Part shown: positions 39,948 to 49,908 of the stretch, piece after piece
Layout: the number at the start of each line of letters is the position of its first letter
Position numbering within the stretch: the stretch's first letter is position 1
The notes under the pieces: model-generated
Seen by the model: the letters and a program-made list of their open reading frames with translations, nothing else
Databases searched by the model: none
What the model was told of the DNA's origin: nothing
NCBI GenBank assembly: GCA_041671485.1
Contig: JBAZBL010000004.1
Location: 14,445 to 78,444 of the forward strand
Source of the DNA: Minisyncoccota bacterium
GTDB taxonomy: Bacteria > Patescibacteriota > Minisyncoccia > Phycocordibacterales > PALSA-1337
DNA length: 64,000 nt
Direction of reading: 5' to 3'
Position numbers and translations under genes: made by a program

Positions 39948-42521
39948 ATGGATAAAAATAATGATCGAAATAGACTAGTTCTTCTAGATGTACATGCAAT
40001 ATTACATCGTGCATATCATGCTTTACCAGACTTCATGACAGCGAAAGGTGAGCCAACAGGAGCATTATATGGTCTTTCTTCTATGCTTATCAAGATTATT
40101 GACGATTTGAAGCCAGACTATCTCATAGCTTGCTATGATGTAAAAGGTCCAACTCATAGGCATGAATTGTATAAAGCTTATAAAGCCGACAGGAAAAAGG
40201 CTGAAGATGATCTCATAAAGCAGATAATCAAGTCTCGCGAAGTATTCATTTCTCTCAATATTCCTATATATGATAAACAAGGCTTTGAAGCGGATGATAT
40301 TTTGGGGACGATCGTTGAGAAGATCAAAAATCAAAAATCAAAAATAAAAGATAAAGGACAGAACGCGGGATTAGAAATAATTATTGCATCGGGAGATATG
40401 GATACGATGCAATTGGTAAAAGGGGATGATGTAAAAGTATATACTCTCAAAAAGGGTATAAATGACACAATTATTTATAATGAAAATGCTGTAAATAAAA
40501 GATTTGGTTTTGGTCCAGAATTGATACCAGATTACAAAGGATTGCGCGGAGATCCGTCTGACAATATTCCCGGTATCAAAGGAATTGGTGAAAAGACAGC
40601 AACTATACTTATTCAAAGATTTGGAAAGATTGAAAATATATTTCATGAATTGGAATTGGGTCATAAAGAAGAATTTGAGAAAATTGGTATTACACCTAGA
40701 ATGATAAAGATTATCGAGGAGAATAAAGAAGAAGCGGAATTTAGCAAAATGCTTGCCACGATAAATAAAGATGTGCCTATAGATTTTGAATTACCCACCA
40801 AAACATTCAAAGAAAATATTGATTCGAAGAAAATAGGGGATCTGTGGCGCGAATTAGAATTTAGAACATTGCCACAGAGGTTTGAGAAAGTTATTGGGGG
40901 ACTGTTTACAGGACGAAACCTTGAAGATATGGTTCCTTCACCCACTTCGCCCCGCGACTCCGCAAATATGGCTTCCTCACCCACGATCGGCCTCGCCGAC
41001 ACTGACAAAACGCTCGGCGAGGCCGTCTTTTCTCGGCGGGGATTGTCGGGCGATAGAACTATTGGTCTCCACCCCGCCTCCGAAGAGGGTTCGGAAGCCA
41101 TATTTGCGGAGTCGCGGGGCGAAAACGACAAATCATTCAAACAAACAGCAATTGCATTGTGGCTTCTGAATTCGAATACTACGAATCCAAAAATGGAAGA
41201 TGTGTTAAATTTTGCAGGCACAAATGATTTTGATCAAGCTAGTAAGATCATATTCAAAGAAATAGATCAAAAGGGATTGAGAAAAGTTTATGATGATATA
41301 GAATTGCCACTTATCGACACAATAGACAAGATGGAAAAGAGAGGAATCAAAATTAATAAGAGTATATTCGGAGAATTATCAAAAAAATATCATATAGAAC
41401 TTGAAATTCTAGAGAAAAAAATATGGGATATTGCTGGGTGTGAATTTAATATCAATTCACCCAAACAATTGGGAGAACTATTGTTCGATAAACTTGGTCT
41501 CAAGATAAAAAATGCAAAGAAAACAGGAGGAGGAGCGCGCTCTACGAGAGAATCAGAATTGGAAAAGATGGTGGATATGCATCCGATAATTAATTTTATA
41601 TTCCAATATCGTGAATTAGCAAAATTATTGTCTACATATATTGATGCAATACCACCACTTTTGGATGCAAATAACAGATTGCATACACATTTCTTGCAAA
41701 CAGGCACGACAACTGGACGAATGGCATCGCAAGATCCAAATATGCAGAATATTCCTATTAGATCGGACTATGGTAAAGCGATAAGAAAAGGGTTTGTTGC
41801 GGAAGAGGGTTTTAAATTAGTCGCTTTTGATTATTCACAGATGGAATTACGAATATCAGCATTTCTTTCTCTGGATGAAAAATTGATTGAAATATTCAGA
41901 AACGGAGAAGACGTACATACTTCTGTGGCATCTTTTGTATTTGGTGTTGATCATTCAAGTGTTACTAAAGAGATGAGGAGAAAAGCAAAAGTAATTAATT
42001 TTGGAATTTTGTATGGTATGGGAGTAAATGCATTGAAACAAAATTTAAAGACGAGCAAAGAAGAAGCACAAAAATTCATGGATGATTATTTCAGAACATT
42101 CAGTGGACTTGCAAGCTATATAGATAAAGTAAAAAGTGAAACTGCCAATCGTGGTTATACAGAGACATTTTTTGGACGCAGGAGATATTTCGAAGGTATA
42201 AAATCTAGAATTCCATATATCAAAGCGCAAGCCGAGCGTATGGCCATAAATGCACCCATTCAAGGCACAGAAGCAGATGTGATAAAGCTTGCAATGGTAA
42301 AAATAGAAGAATATTTTAGGCGTGAGGATATAGAGAATGATGCATTTCTCTTGCTTCAAGTGCATGATGAACTCATATGTGAGGTAAAAGAAGATATTAG
42401 AGAGAAAGTTTCTAGGGACATTAAAAATATCATGGAATCTATAATAGATCCAAAAGATATTTCTGGAATTGTTTTGTCTGTTGAGGTGGCGATCGGCAAT
42501 GATTGGGGAGAACTCAAATGA
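39948..42521 (+). CDS. polA: DNA polymerase I (5'-3' exonuclease + polymerase)
   Basis: RAYHALP, FEADD, GDPSDNIPG, TGRMASQDPNMQNIP, DYSQMELR, INFGILYG, QVHDEL. Confidence 0.96.
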   Translation: MDKNNDRNRLVLLDVHAILHRAYHALPDFMTAKGEPTGALYGLSSMLIKIIDDLKPDYLIACYDVKGPTHRHELYKAYKADRKKAEDDLIKQIIKSREVFISLNIPIYDKQGFEADDILGTIVEKIKNQKSKIKDKGQNAGLEIIIASGDMDTMQLVKGDDVKVYTLKKGINDTIIYNENAVNKRFGFGPELIPDYKGLRGDPSDNIPGIKGIGEKTATILIQRFGKIENIFHELELGHKEEFEKIGITPRMIKIIEENKEEAEFSKMLATINKDVPIDFELPTKTFKENIDSKKIGDLWRELEFRTLPQRFEKVIGGLFTGRNLEDMVPSPTSPRDSANMASSPTIGLADTDKTLGEAVFSRRGLSGDRTIGLHPASEEGSEAIFAESRGENDKSFKQTAIALWLLNSNTTNPKMEDVLNFAGTNDFDQASKIIFKEIDQKGLRKVYDDIELPLIDTIDKMEKRGIKINKSIFGELSKKYHIELEILEKKIWDIAGCEFNINSPKQLGELLFDKLGLKIKNAKKTGGGARSTRESELEKMVDMHPIINFIFQYRELAKLLSTYIDAIPPLLDANNRLHTHFLQTGTTTGRMASQDPNMQNIPIRSDYGKAIRKGFVAEEGFKLVAFDYSQMELRISAFLSLDEKLIEIFRNGEDVHTSVASFVFGVDHSSVTKEMRRKAKVINFGILYGMGVNALKQNLKTSKEEAQKFMDDYFRTFSGLASYIDKVKSETANRGYTETFFGRRRYFEGIKSRIPYIKAQAERMAINAPIQGTEADVIKLAMVKIEEYFRREDIENDAFLLLQVHDELICEVKEDIREKVSRDIKNIMESIIDPKDISGIVLSVEVAIGNDWGELK
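40946..41123. mobile_element. MITE-like palindromic element inserted in frame in polA
   Basis: Perfect 31-bp inverted repeats TTCGCCCCGCGACTCCGCAAATATGGCTTCC (40946-40976 / 41093-41123); GC-rich against the AT-rich gene. Confidence 0.8.
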
Positions 42522-42979
42522 AAAACACCGTTTCAAATTCACTCGAAGAAACACAAAACATTGCCAGAAAATGGTTATTGTCAATTTCTGATAATTCAAA
42601 TAATACCGAAGCTGTAATTATCGGCCTTTTGGGCCACCTCGGATCTGGGAAAACCACATTTACGCAAGCAATTGCAAAAGAATTGGGAATTGAAGACCAT
42701 GTTACAAGTCCAACATTTGTGATTATGAAAACATATGAGACCAAGAATAAAAGATTTCCAAGACTTGTTCATATAGATGCATATAGACTTGAGTTTGGTC
42801 GAGAATTGGAAGTATTGGATTTCGAAGAAGTTGTATCAAACCCTAATAATTTGGTTTTGATAGAGTGGGCAGATAATGTCAAAGAAATATTGCCAGTTAA
42901 TGTGAGGTTTATTGAATTTGAAGCAATTGGAGAAAATGAACGCAGTATAAAGTTTATTTCAAATAGTATATTTGAGTAG
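42518..42979 (+). CDS. tsaE: t6A37 biosynthesis ATPase TsaE
   Basis: GHLGSGKTTF, VTSPTF, HIDAYRL, IEWA. Confidence 0.95.
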   Translation: MKNTVSNSLEETQNIARKWLLSISDNSNNTEAVIIGLLGHLGSGKTTFTQAIAKELGIEDHVTSPTFVIMKTYETKNKRFPRLVHIDAYRLEFGRELEVLDFEEVVSNPNNLVLIEWADNVKEILPVNVRFIEFEAIGENERSIKFISNSIFE

Positions 42980-42993
42980 TTTCTATAAATATT

Positions 42994-43737
42994 ATGCTTT
43001 ATGTTTTTTTTGGTTCAAATATTGGGGTTAATGCGAAAAAAGCGCATTCACTTCTTGCATCTTTGAGGGACAAAAGACCTGATGCTGCATTTATATCCAT
43101 TGATGCAGATAGTTGGAGTGTGCAATTGATAGAAGAAAATTTGGGTGGACAAGGACTCTTTTCTAGTAAATATATAATATTTCTTGATCGCATCACAGAA
43201 AATGCAGAAGCAAAAGAAAAAATCCTTGACTTTATTCCTGCCATGAATGAATCTGCGAATATTTTCATTGTCTTGGAAGGAAAGCTGAATGCAGAACTAA
43301 AGAAATCATTTGAAAAGCATGCAGAGAAAATCGTTGAATCGTCTGATGACGGAGATGGTGCTTCGATGAAAGGGGAAGAATTGAATATCTTCACTCTCGC
43401 AGATGCCTTTGGTGCAAGAGACCCTATACGGTCATGGTCAATATATCGTAATGCAATTGATATTGGCATACCTGTAGAAAGTATTGTTGGTACGCTGTTT
43501 TGGCAGATAAAGTCTATGATCATAGCTTCAAAGACCAAGAATGCAGGAGAAGCGGGTTTGAATCCATTTGTTTTTGGCAAATCAAAGAGATATGCAACAA
43601 ATTTTTCGGACAGGGAATTGCAGAAATTATCGAGAGACCTTGTAGTTTTGTATCATGAAGGTCATAGTGGCACCGTAGATATTGAGATTGATTTAGAAAA
43701 GATGCTTCTTTCACTCAAACAAGATAGAACAAAATAA
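42994..43737 (+). CDS. holA: DNA polymerase III delta subunit (HolA-like)
   Basis: GLFSSK, NIFTLADA, LNPFV C-terminal pattern typical of short delta subunits. Confidence 0.7.
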   Translation: MLYVFFGSNIGVNAKKAHSLLASLRDKRPDAAFISIDADSWSVQLIEENLGGQGLFSSKYIIFLDRITENAEAKEKILDFIPAMNESANIFIVLEGKLNAELKKSFEKHAEKIVESSDDGDGASMKGEELNIFTLADAFGARDPIRSWSIYRNAIDIGIPVESIVGTLFWQIKSMIIASKTKNAGEAGLNPFVFGKSKRYATNFSDRELQKLSRDLVVLYHEGHSGTVDIEIDLEKMLLSLKQDRTK

Positions 43738-43775
43738 TTGTCAACAAAGCCAGCTTGATGTATCATCTTAATCAT

Positions 43776-43849
43776 GCGCCCATAGCTCAGCCTGGTAGAG
43801 CACCTGCCTTTTAAGCAGAGGGTCGAAGGTTCAAATCCTTCTGGGCGCA
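43776..43849 (+). tRNA. tRNA-Lys (TTT), island integration target
   Basis: GCGCCCA/TGGGCGC acceptor stem, anticodon loop CTTTTAA, T-arm GAAGG-TTCAAAT-CCTTC; followed by CCC rather than CCA. Confidence 0.95.
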
Positions 43850-45424
43850 CCCTTCGCTAGATTTTATAAACATGTTGGAAGCTATAGGTTTCTTCGTATT
43901 TTGGCTTTTTTGTGATGCATGTTCTAGCTTCAAAAGTTGGTCAAAAAGTAGGGAGGGATTTGATTTTATTATAAGTCCATCGGTAACTTGGAAATTGTTC
44001 CAAAAGAATCCGAGATATTGTCTTTTGAGAGCGTCTGAAGCTTTTTGATATGCGTCATAAATATTTCTTGTGAGGTTCAGGATTTCTTGGGCAATATCGA
44101 CATTCACATTCTTCTGTTTCTCAAGTTCTATCAATCTATCGTCTATGTTTTGGATTTCTTGGTCTATTTCGGTCTTTACTCTCGTGAAGTCATTATCGGA
44201 AATGATATTTGAAAATAACTTTTCCTCCGCCACCTTTCTTTTGATTTCATAAGCCGTTCGTTGATTGATACATTCCTTTCTTCTGCTGTCATACGCCTTG
44301 CGCCGTTCATAGAAGATAACTTTTGCTTTGCTTATTACCATATCAATGAATGTTTGGCTGAATTCTATGGTCTTGAATTTCTCCGCGACCATGTCTTCTA
44401 GCTTGCCGACTTCAATGTATTTGCCACAACCCGACTGATTGGTGCAATGATAGTATGCTTTGCTCTTATTCAAATGCCATTCTGCGGAGTAACGACATTC
44501 ATGTGTATAACAACGGATGAAACCGCTCAAAAGCCAAGAGTATTTCCTCCTACGACAAGCGTGTTTGTTTTTCGCCATGATTACTTCTTGCACCTTGTTG
44601 AATAACTCCTCGCTTATAAGAGGTTCATGCTTTCCAATTTTGATGTGAATATCGCTCCAATGTACTTCGCCAATGAAAAACCTATTTTTCAGTGTGTTAT
44701 AGAGCTGGGCGTCAGATCGTTTACCACCATGTTTTGTCTGTAACCCTTTCTCAAACATAATGTCGTTTAGTTCGTAAACATTGTAATTGCCCGTTGCGTA
44801 CAGTTTGAACGCTTCCTTGACCAATGGTCCGTCATGTGGGTCAACGATAATACTTTTCTGACCAAAACGTCCGATAGATAAATTGGGGGTGCTGACATTT
44901 TTGTAGCCGACTGGAGCCATGCAAGGGTAGTAGCCCGCTTTGGCTTTTTCTTTCATTGTCATACTCACTTTTTCGGAAGTAATATCTCTATGAAATTGAT
45001 TCATTGACGCCATGACAGTGCCGACCATTTTGGAAGTCGCGGAATCATCCATATCTGGTTGCTGAATACACTTAACCAACACCCCATTTTTACGGAACAA
45101 ATCCATGAGGTTGAGATGGTCTAGGGTGTTACGAGCCAATCGGTCGCTGTGGACGACATAGATAGCGCCGATAGACTTTGCCAAGACAAGTTTGATGACT
45201 TGCTGAATGCCTGGTCTTTTCAAAGTACCAGCACTTTTGCCTTCATCTTTTATAACTTCTAATATTGAATATCCGTCATTTGTAGCGTCTTCGGTACAAA
45301 TATTTTCCTGTGATTCAATCGAAAGTCCTGTACTAGCTTGGTCATCAGTAGAAACACGGCAGTAAATTACTGCAGTCTTTTTGACGGCTTCTGATTGGTT
45401 TTCAACTCTTTGTATTGGTGTCAT
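43811..45424 (-). CDS. Large serine recombinase (integrase)
   Basis: YCRVSTDDQ catalytic Ser, DEGKSAG..RPG, SDRLAR, APVGY, HEPLISEELF, Zn-ribbon and coiled coil; last codons overlap tRNA-Lys antisense. Confidence 0.95.
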   Translation of the reverse strand: MTPIQRVENQSEAVKKTAVIYCRVSTDDQASTGLSIESQENICTEDATNDGYSILEVIKDEGKSAGTLKRPGIQQVIKLVLAKSIGAIYVVHSDRLARNTLDHLNLMDLFRKNGVLVKCIQQPDMDDSATSKMVGTVMASMNQFHRDITSEKVSMTMKEKAKAGYYPCMAPVGYKNVSTPNLSIGRFGQKSIIVDPHDGPLVKEAFKLYATGNYNVYELNDIMFEKGLQTKHGGKRSDAQLYNTLKNRFFIGEVHWSDIHIKIGKHEPLISEELFNKVQEVIMAKNKHACRRRKYSWLLSGFIRCYTHECRYSAEWHLNKSKAYYHCTNQSGCGKYIEVGKLEDMVAEKFKTIEFSQTFIDMVISKAKVIFYERRKAYDSRRKECINQRTAYEIKRKVAEEKLFSNIISDNDFTRVKTEIDQEIQNIDDRLIELEKQKNVNVDIAQEILNLTRNIYDAYQKASDALKRQYLGFFWNNFQVTDGLIIKSNPSLLFDQLLKLEHASQKSQNTKKPIASNMFIKSSEGCAQKDLNLRPSA

Positions 45425-45677
45425 GTTGTTTTTCCTCTTTAACGATATCTAACTTGTCTTCAAGCTCCTCAAAGTTTGAATACATCTTGTCCTCAATATC
45501 TGCGAGGCGTGAATATATCCTACTTTCAATGGCGTCCATTCGTTCCTCAAGTCGCTCAAAGCTACGACCGATAGCGACAGCGACTTCATCGGTACTCTTG
45601 TAAAGAATGTGCTCGATTAATTCCAAGTCCTTTTTTGTAAGGTTATTTTTGTCTGTGATTATATTTTCTTTGTTCAT
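45402..45677 (-). CDS. Small helical protein upstream of integrase
   Basis: 91 aa, overlaps integrase start. Confidence 0.65.
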   Translation of the reverse strand: MNKENIITDKNNLTKKDLELIEHILYKSTDEVAVAIGRSFERLEERMDAIESRIYSRLADIEDKMYSNFEELEDKLDIVKEEKQHDTNTKS

Positions 45678-46023
45678 TGAAGTATTTTTTAATCTAGTAA
45701 TACCTACATTTACCCCATATCTGCCCTATATTTTTATGGTGAATTTGACATGATAGTAAGCTAGTGTCTTTATATTTTATAAACTTACAAAGTAATATCA
45801 ACCATAGTTATCCACACTTGGTGGCTCAACAGAGCCGTATTATTAGATGAATTATTAGATTCTAATAACCATACTGAGCCTTTAGGTCTTCCTCCTTTAT
45901 GATTTGTTCCTGCTCTTGCCATAGATTGATTGAAAACAATAAAACATTATTCTTAGATTCTAATAATTCATTAAATGTAGGAAACTATTAACACACAGGG
46001 CTGTCTTTACTTTATTGATTCAA

Positions 46024-47646
46024 TCAATAAAGGGAATCAGCACCTGTGTCTTCAGTCGTTGTATCCTCTGAAACAGTAGGCGGTAATGTTGGGAGTCCTC
46101 GAATAGCTCTACATTCTTCGCTTAGGAACCATGCAAAGTCCTTGGATAGATGGAGTTTCTTTTCAGGTTCACCAACAAAACCATCACTTTCTGCTGTAAC
46201 ATTTGCGATATGAAGTATTTTGAGAGTCTCCATCTCTGTGTGAGCAGTGGGTGTGGAACATTGTAGCGATGCTTTAACTTCATGAGTTCTCATAAGACCG
46301 TTGTTCAAAAGCAAAGCTCGAAATAATTTCGCTCGCGTAGTCGGCGCACTTTCGATTGCAAGCTCAACAGCCAAGCGCAAATCGTCAGGCGATATCTGTT
46401 TTCTACCACATAGCACGGCGTGTCCTCTGCATAGGTTGTATAGTAACTGAGTAATTCGGTCAGGATTTTCGATAGTGGGAGGGTGATATTTATAAGATAC
46501 TTCGTTTGAACCAGAGGTTTTTTCCTGTACATAAATTACGCCACGCAGTTTTGCTAGTAATTTTGCACAACGTGCGATTATCTTTATATACAGGTGATCA
46601 TCTCTTTCTCTATTCCACTCCACACCATCAGGGTTTTTAGACCAGAGAGTGTGTAATAAATCTTTGGTTGCCTCTCTACACACCCTTTCCTTATCCTTAG
46701 TGGAACGGGTAATAATCTGCTCTGCAAGCTCATCCTCACTTTTTTCTTTTGTTCCCATGTTTAGGAAAAACAGTCTTGAACCAATATTACCCATCACTTT
46801 CCATACTCGTGGCTGGATTGGTGTTGACGCCGCCAACATCATGAATAGGTAATCACCAAGATAACCACGTTGTCCGTGAGTTCCTGAGTCAGTACTTAGA
46901 CCTTGACCATCAAGCACTCTGGTCAAAAGTCCAAGCGATTCGTTGAGAGAGTCATCACTCTTGGAAAAAATTGTTGCCAAATCTCGAATGAGAAGTGCTT
47001 TATATCTGATACGAAGTAACAAATCTATCCCAGCCAAATCCTCCTTTTTGATATTTGATGCATTTGAGACGAAAGATGCAGGTGTAAACTTATCGGTTGA
47101 GTAAGTGATGCCTTCAATTTGGTCAAAAAAGTTTAGTGTGATGGTTTTCCCAGATGAGGGCACATCAACAAGTACTAATGCGAATGGATTAGTTATTTCT
47201 GTAATGAGAATCTGCACAATAACGGACGCGGCGACTTCTGCTGGGAACATCAAGCCATGGAAATTTGTTTCTATCGTACTACTCCACTCATCGAATGAGA
47301 CTTCACGAGTAGGTTTATCAATTTTTATAATTCGTTTAGCTGGCGGAGGTGGCTCTTGTTTGGAAGTCTCCTCACTATTGTTTCTTTTTCCTTTGGAATA
47401 CTTTTTGCGTGGCTCGCTTACTTCTTCCTTATCTGATATTCCTAATTTTTCTAACCATACCTCTTTACCAACTGTTATTTGGCATTCACCACATTCACCG
47501 CGACTTGTATCCGGGTTAATCATAAAGGTCATGTCTAGATGTTTTGGTGCGCATTCCTGATCGCGATACGGACAATCGATATAAATCAAGCCTTCTGATA
47601 TAGCATTGAGTATATTATTGTCATTTAGTAATTTAATGATATTCAT
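46024..47646 (-). CDS. Zn-finger plus P-loop ATPase (replication helicase-like)
   Basis: N-terminal CP..H..C..C, Walker A-like DVPSSGKT, LIRD, SRL arginine-finger-like, C-terminal wHTH-like region. Confidence 0.65.
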   Translation of the reverse strand: MNIIKLLNDNNILNAISEGLIYIDCPYRDQECAPKHLDMTFMINPDTSRGECGECQITVGKEVWLEKLGISDKEEVSEPRKKYSKGKRNNSEETSKQEPPPPAKRIIKIDKPTREVSFDEWSSTIETNFHGLMFPAEVAASVIVQILITEITNPFALVLVDVPSSGKTITLNFFDQIEGITYSTDKFTPASFVSNASNIKKEDLAGIDLLLRIRYKALLIRDLATIFSKSDDSLNESLGLLTRVLDGQGLSTDSGTHGQRGYLGDYLFMMLAASTPIQPRVWKVMGNIGSRLFFLNMGTKEKSEDELAEQIITRSTKDKERVCREATKDLLHTLWSKNPDGVEWNRERDDHLYIKIIARCAKLLAKLRGVIYVQEKTSGSNEVSYKYHPPTIENPDRITQLLYNLCRGHAVLCGRKQISPDDLRLAVELAIESAPTTRAKLFRALLLNNGLMRTHEVKASLQCSTPTAHTEMETLKILHIANVTAESDGFVGEPEKKLHLSKDFAWFLSEECRAIRGLPTLPPTVSEDTTTEDTGADSLY

Positions 47647-47647
47647 A

Positions 47648-47800
47648 TTATTTAATTATTTTTAATAAGTTTTCCTTCTTCTCCTTTTCCATTTCGTCAA
47701 TGTGAGCAACTAAAATTTCTGACAATGTTGATATAGCCGTCTCAAAAATATTGTCCGTAGTCTTATCGACCTCTTTATTTTTTATTTGATTTTTTTCCAT
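47648..47800 (-). CDS. Small hypothetical protein (50 aa, below ORF cut-off)
   Basis: MEKNQIKNKEVDKTTDNIFETAISTLSEILVAHIDEMEKEKKENLLKIIK, stop 1 nt before the next ATG. Confidence 0.5.
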   Translation of the reverse strand: MEKNQIKNKEVDKTTDNIFETAISTLSEILVAHIDEMEKEKKENLLKIIK

Positions 47801-47927
47801 AAAGAAAAGTACCCTTAAACAATAGGGTACTTGACTATGTATTACAACTATGGTGTGGTCAGTTAAACACTTCTTATGTGTCCTATGTGGATAAGACGAT
47901 TTTGTAAGATTATATAGTTATTCATGG

Positions 47928-48866
47928 CTAAAAAAAGACTATATCTTTTGGTTCATTTAGCCCAATATCATGTCCATAGACTATTTGTTTTTTAATATTA
48001 TCTGGTATCTGTTTTCCTGTTCCTAATAATTTCCTATACTTACTTCCAGCTCGTGATGATGCTCTTCTCAAACTGTCAGGAAGTCTTTTTATCTTATCTG
48101 AATATGCCCTGACCACATCTTCTATTCTTAGCCTCTGCCCTTGTTTCCCATATATGCTATTTTTCAAATCTTTAATTTCTATCCACCTATGCACGATTTC
48201 CTCTTTTGTTGTAAGACCTGAAATCTCAAAAGAGATGGTTGGTTCGTAACCGCCTCTATTATTTTTTAACTGTAAATTAATAACTGATGAATGGCGGGGC
48301 AAGTACCAGTCACCCGTTAGCAATAGAACAACTATTGATTCATACCAACAATATTCAAGACCATAATCTTTCATAAGACTAAGAAGATTTTTATTAAATC
48401 TATATGGCATATAGTCAATTGTTATTTTATTGTTTTTATATTTCTGCTCACATGCAATTAGCCAAAAAACATATTCTAATTTTGCATGCCAGACATTAAG
48501 TATGGGTAGGAAAGCAAAACCAAAGTCGAACCTGTCAAACTTGTATTTGAATCTTAGCAAATCATTTGCTTCAGCAAACTTTAACAGATCGCGGATAAAT
48601 CCTTTTTTATTTAGGACAACGACAGCTACATTTAAAAAGAACTTATTTAATTGTTTTCTATAGTCTTTATCTTTTTCGAACTCAGGCAGAATAGATGGTC
48701 TGATCAATTGTTTAATATCTTTATCTATAAGATTTTTGAACTTTTCTTCCTTTGTTGTGGGTATTTCATAAATACTATACATCCATTTTAGGGAGTTTAG
48801 TTGTGATTTTGTTGGAATTCCTGAGATTGACATGATAATGGGTATGTTTATACTTGGTTCTTTCAC
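47928..48866 (-). CDS. Hypothetical protein
   Basis: 312 aa ORF, basic C-terminus; no recognised motif. Confidence 0.55.
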   Translation of the reverse strand: MKEPSINIPIIMSISGIPTKSQLNSLKWMYSIYEIPTTKEEKFKNLIDKDIKQLIRPSILPEFEKDKDYRKQLNKFFLNVAVVVLNKKGFIRDLLKFAEANDLLRFKYKFDRFDFGFAFLPILNVWHAKLEYVFWLIACEQKYKNNKITIDYMPYRFNKNLLSLMKDYGLEYCWYESIVVLLLTGDWYLPRHSSVINLQLKNNRGGYEPTISFEISGLTTKEEIVHRWIEIKDLKNSIYGKQGQRLRIEDVVRAYSDKIKRLPDSLRRASSRAGSKYRKLLGTGKQIPDNIKKQIVYGHDIGLNEPKDIVFF

Positions 48867-49057
48867 GTAGAACTAAGTTATAACACATTCAAACTCGCTT
48901 TTGTATGGGTAACACTATTCTATCAAAATATTGTTTAAAAACATTAAAACAATCTTTTCTTAGAATCTAATAACTCGCTTTATCCGACATATATCATAGC
49001 TCTATCATAGGTCTTTCCAGTAACATCCAGTAACATTCATGGTTTTTTTATCTTTGA

Positions 49058-49079
49058 ATCTTAGGTTTTCTTAGGTTCT
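49058..49079 (+). repeat. 22-bp direct repeat ATCTTAGGTTTTCTTAGGTTCT, copy 1
   Basis: Identical copy at 53262-53283. Confidence 0.85.
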
Positions 49080-49124
49080 TCAGAGTTATTCACAAAATAC
49101 TGTTTAGTGCTATTATAAGGCTAC

Positions 49125-49285
49125 AACTGAATATGTAAGTAACCTAACCCAGTAAGCAATTGCTGGTATGGTGAAAAAGTCCTGACACGGATAAAGAACC
49201 CATCATATGGGGTTGCCGTGTCAGGCTATATCAGGAAACTGGTATAGAGGGCTTCGGTCCTCACCCATGTGGTGGGCTTTTTGCG
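49125..49285 (+). ncRNA. Candidate structured leader/ncRNA
   Basis: Consecutive hairpins CCTGACACGG/CCGTGTCAGG, CTATATCAG-GAAA-CTGGTATAG, GAGGG-CTTCGG-TCCTC and terminator-like CCCA..TGGG-CTTTTT; upstream TTCACA / TGcTATTAT. Confidence 0.5.
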
Positions 49286-49304
49286 TTCACTTCTTTAAAT
49301 ATTT

Positions 49305-49901
49305 ATGAAAAAGAAAAATCTAAATATACCAAAACCGTCACCAGAAGAAGTCCAGTACTATCTGAATTTTTGGGATTCTAATGCTGATCTTAAATTATCT
49401 GATAGTAGTCTAAAATATTTATTTTCGAAAACCTATCCGCAGAACAATAATCTTGAAGAAGTACTTATAAAGGTGTGTACACTGAAAAGTTTGTTTGGTT
49501 TGATTATATTTTCACCAATCACAGTTGCTAAGCATATCATATCCCTAGAAATAGACAGCAAATTTTTGAAAGACGACCTAATGATAGTAAATGAAATTGC
49601 TTCGGTTAATATCAGTACAAATAGAATCATTAACTTCTATTCATTTGCAACAAAATACTGTAGTTTTCATAAGCCAAATATATATCTTAAATATGATTAC
49701 CATGTATCAAAACTACTTAAGCATCATGAACAGACGGATAAATTTGATGAATTTACAGAGATGGAATTAAGATACTACGATAAATATCACGAAGTCTTCA
49801 TAAATTTTAGAAAAAAATATGGACTAGATCTATTTAGTTTAGAACAGATTGAAAGATACTTATATTTAGCAGGTAAAAAATATTTTCCTCAAAATTATTA
49901 G
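49305..49901 (+). CDS. Hypothetical protein (NFYSFATKYCSFH motif)
   Basis: 198 aa helical ORF; family not named with confidence. Confidence 0.7.
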   Translation: MKKKNLNIPKPSPEEVQYYLNFWDSNADLKLSDSSLKYLFSKTYPQNNNLEEVLIKVCTLKSLFGLIIFSPITVAKHIISLEIDSKFLKDDLMIVNEIASVNISTNRIINFYSFATKYCSFHKPNIYLKYDYHVSKLLKHHEQTDKFDEFTEMELRYYDKYHEVFINFRKKYGLDLFSLEQIERYLYLAGKKYFPQNY

Positions 49902-49908
49902 AAATTTT

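Noticed and set aside
40946-41123. Intein or self-splicing intron in polA
   Set aside because: No C/S...HN intein ends and no recognisable group I/II core; too short.
40661-41221. 186-aa antisense ORF within polA
   Set aside because: It stays open because the inserted element is palindromic and GC-rich; a shadow ORF.
43662-43850. ORF MRPEGFEPSTLCLKGRCS
   Set aside because: Antisense translation of tRNA-Lys.
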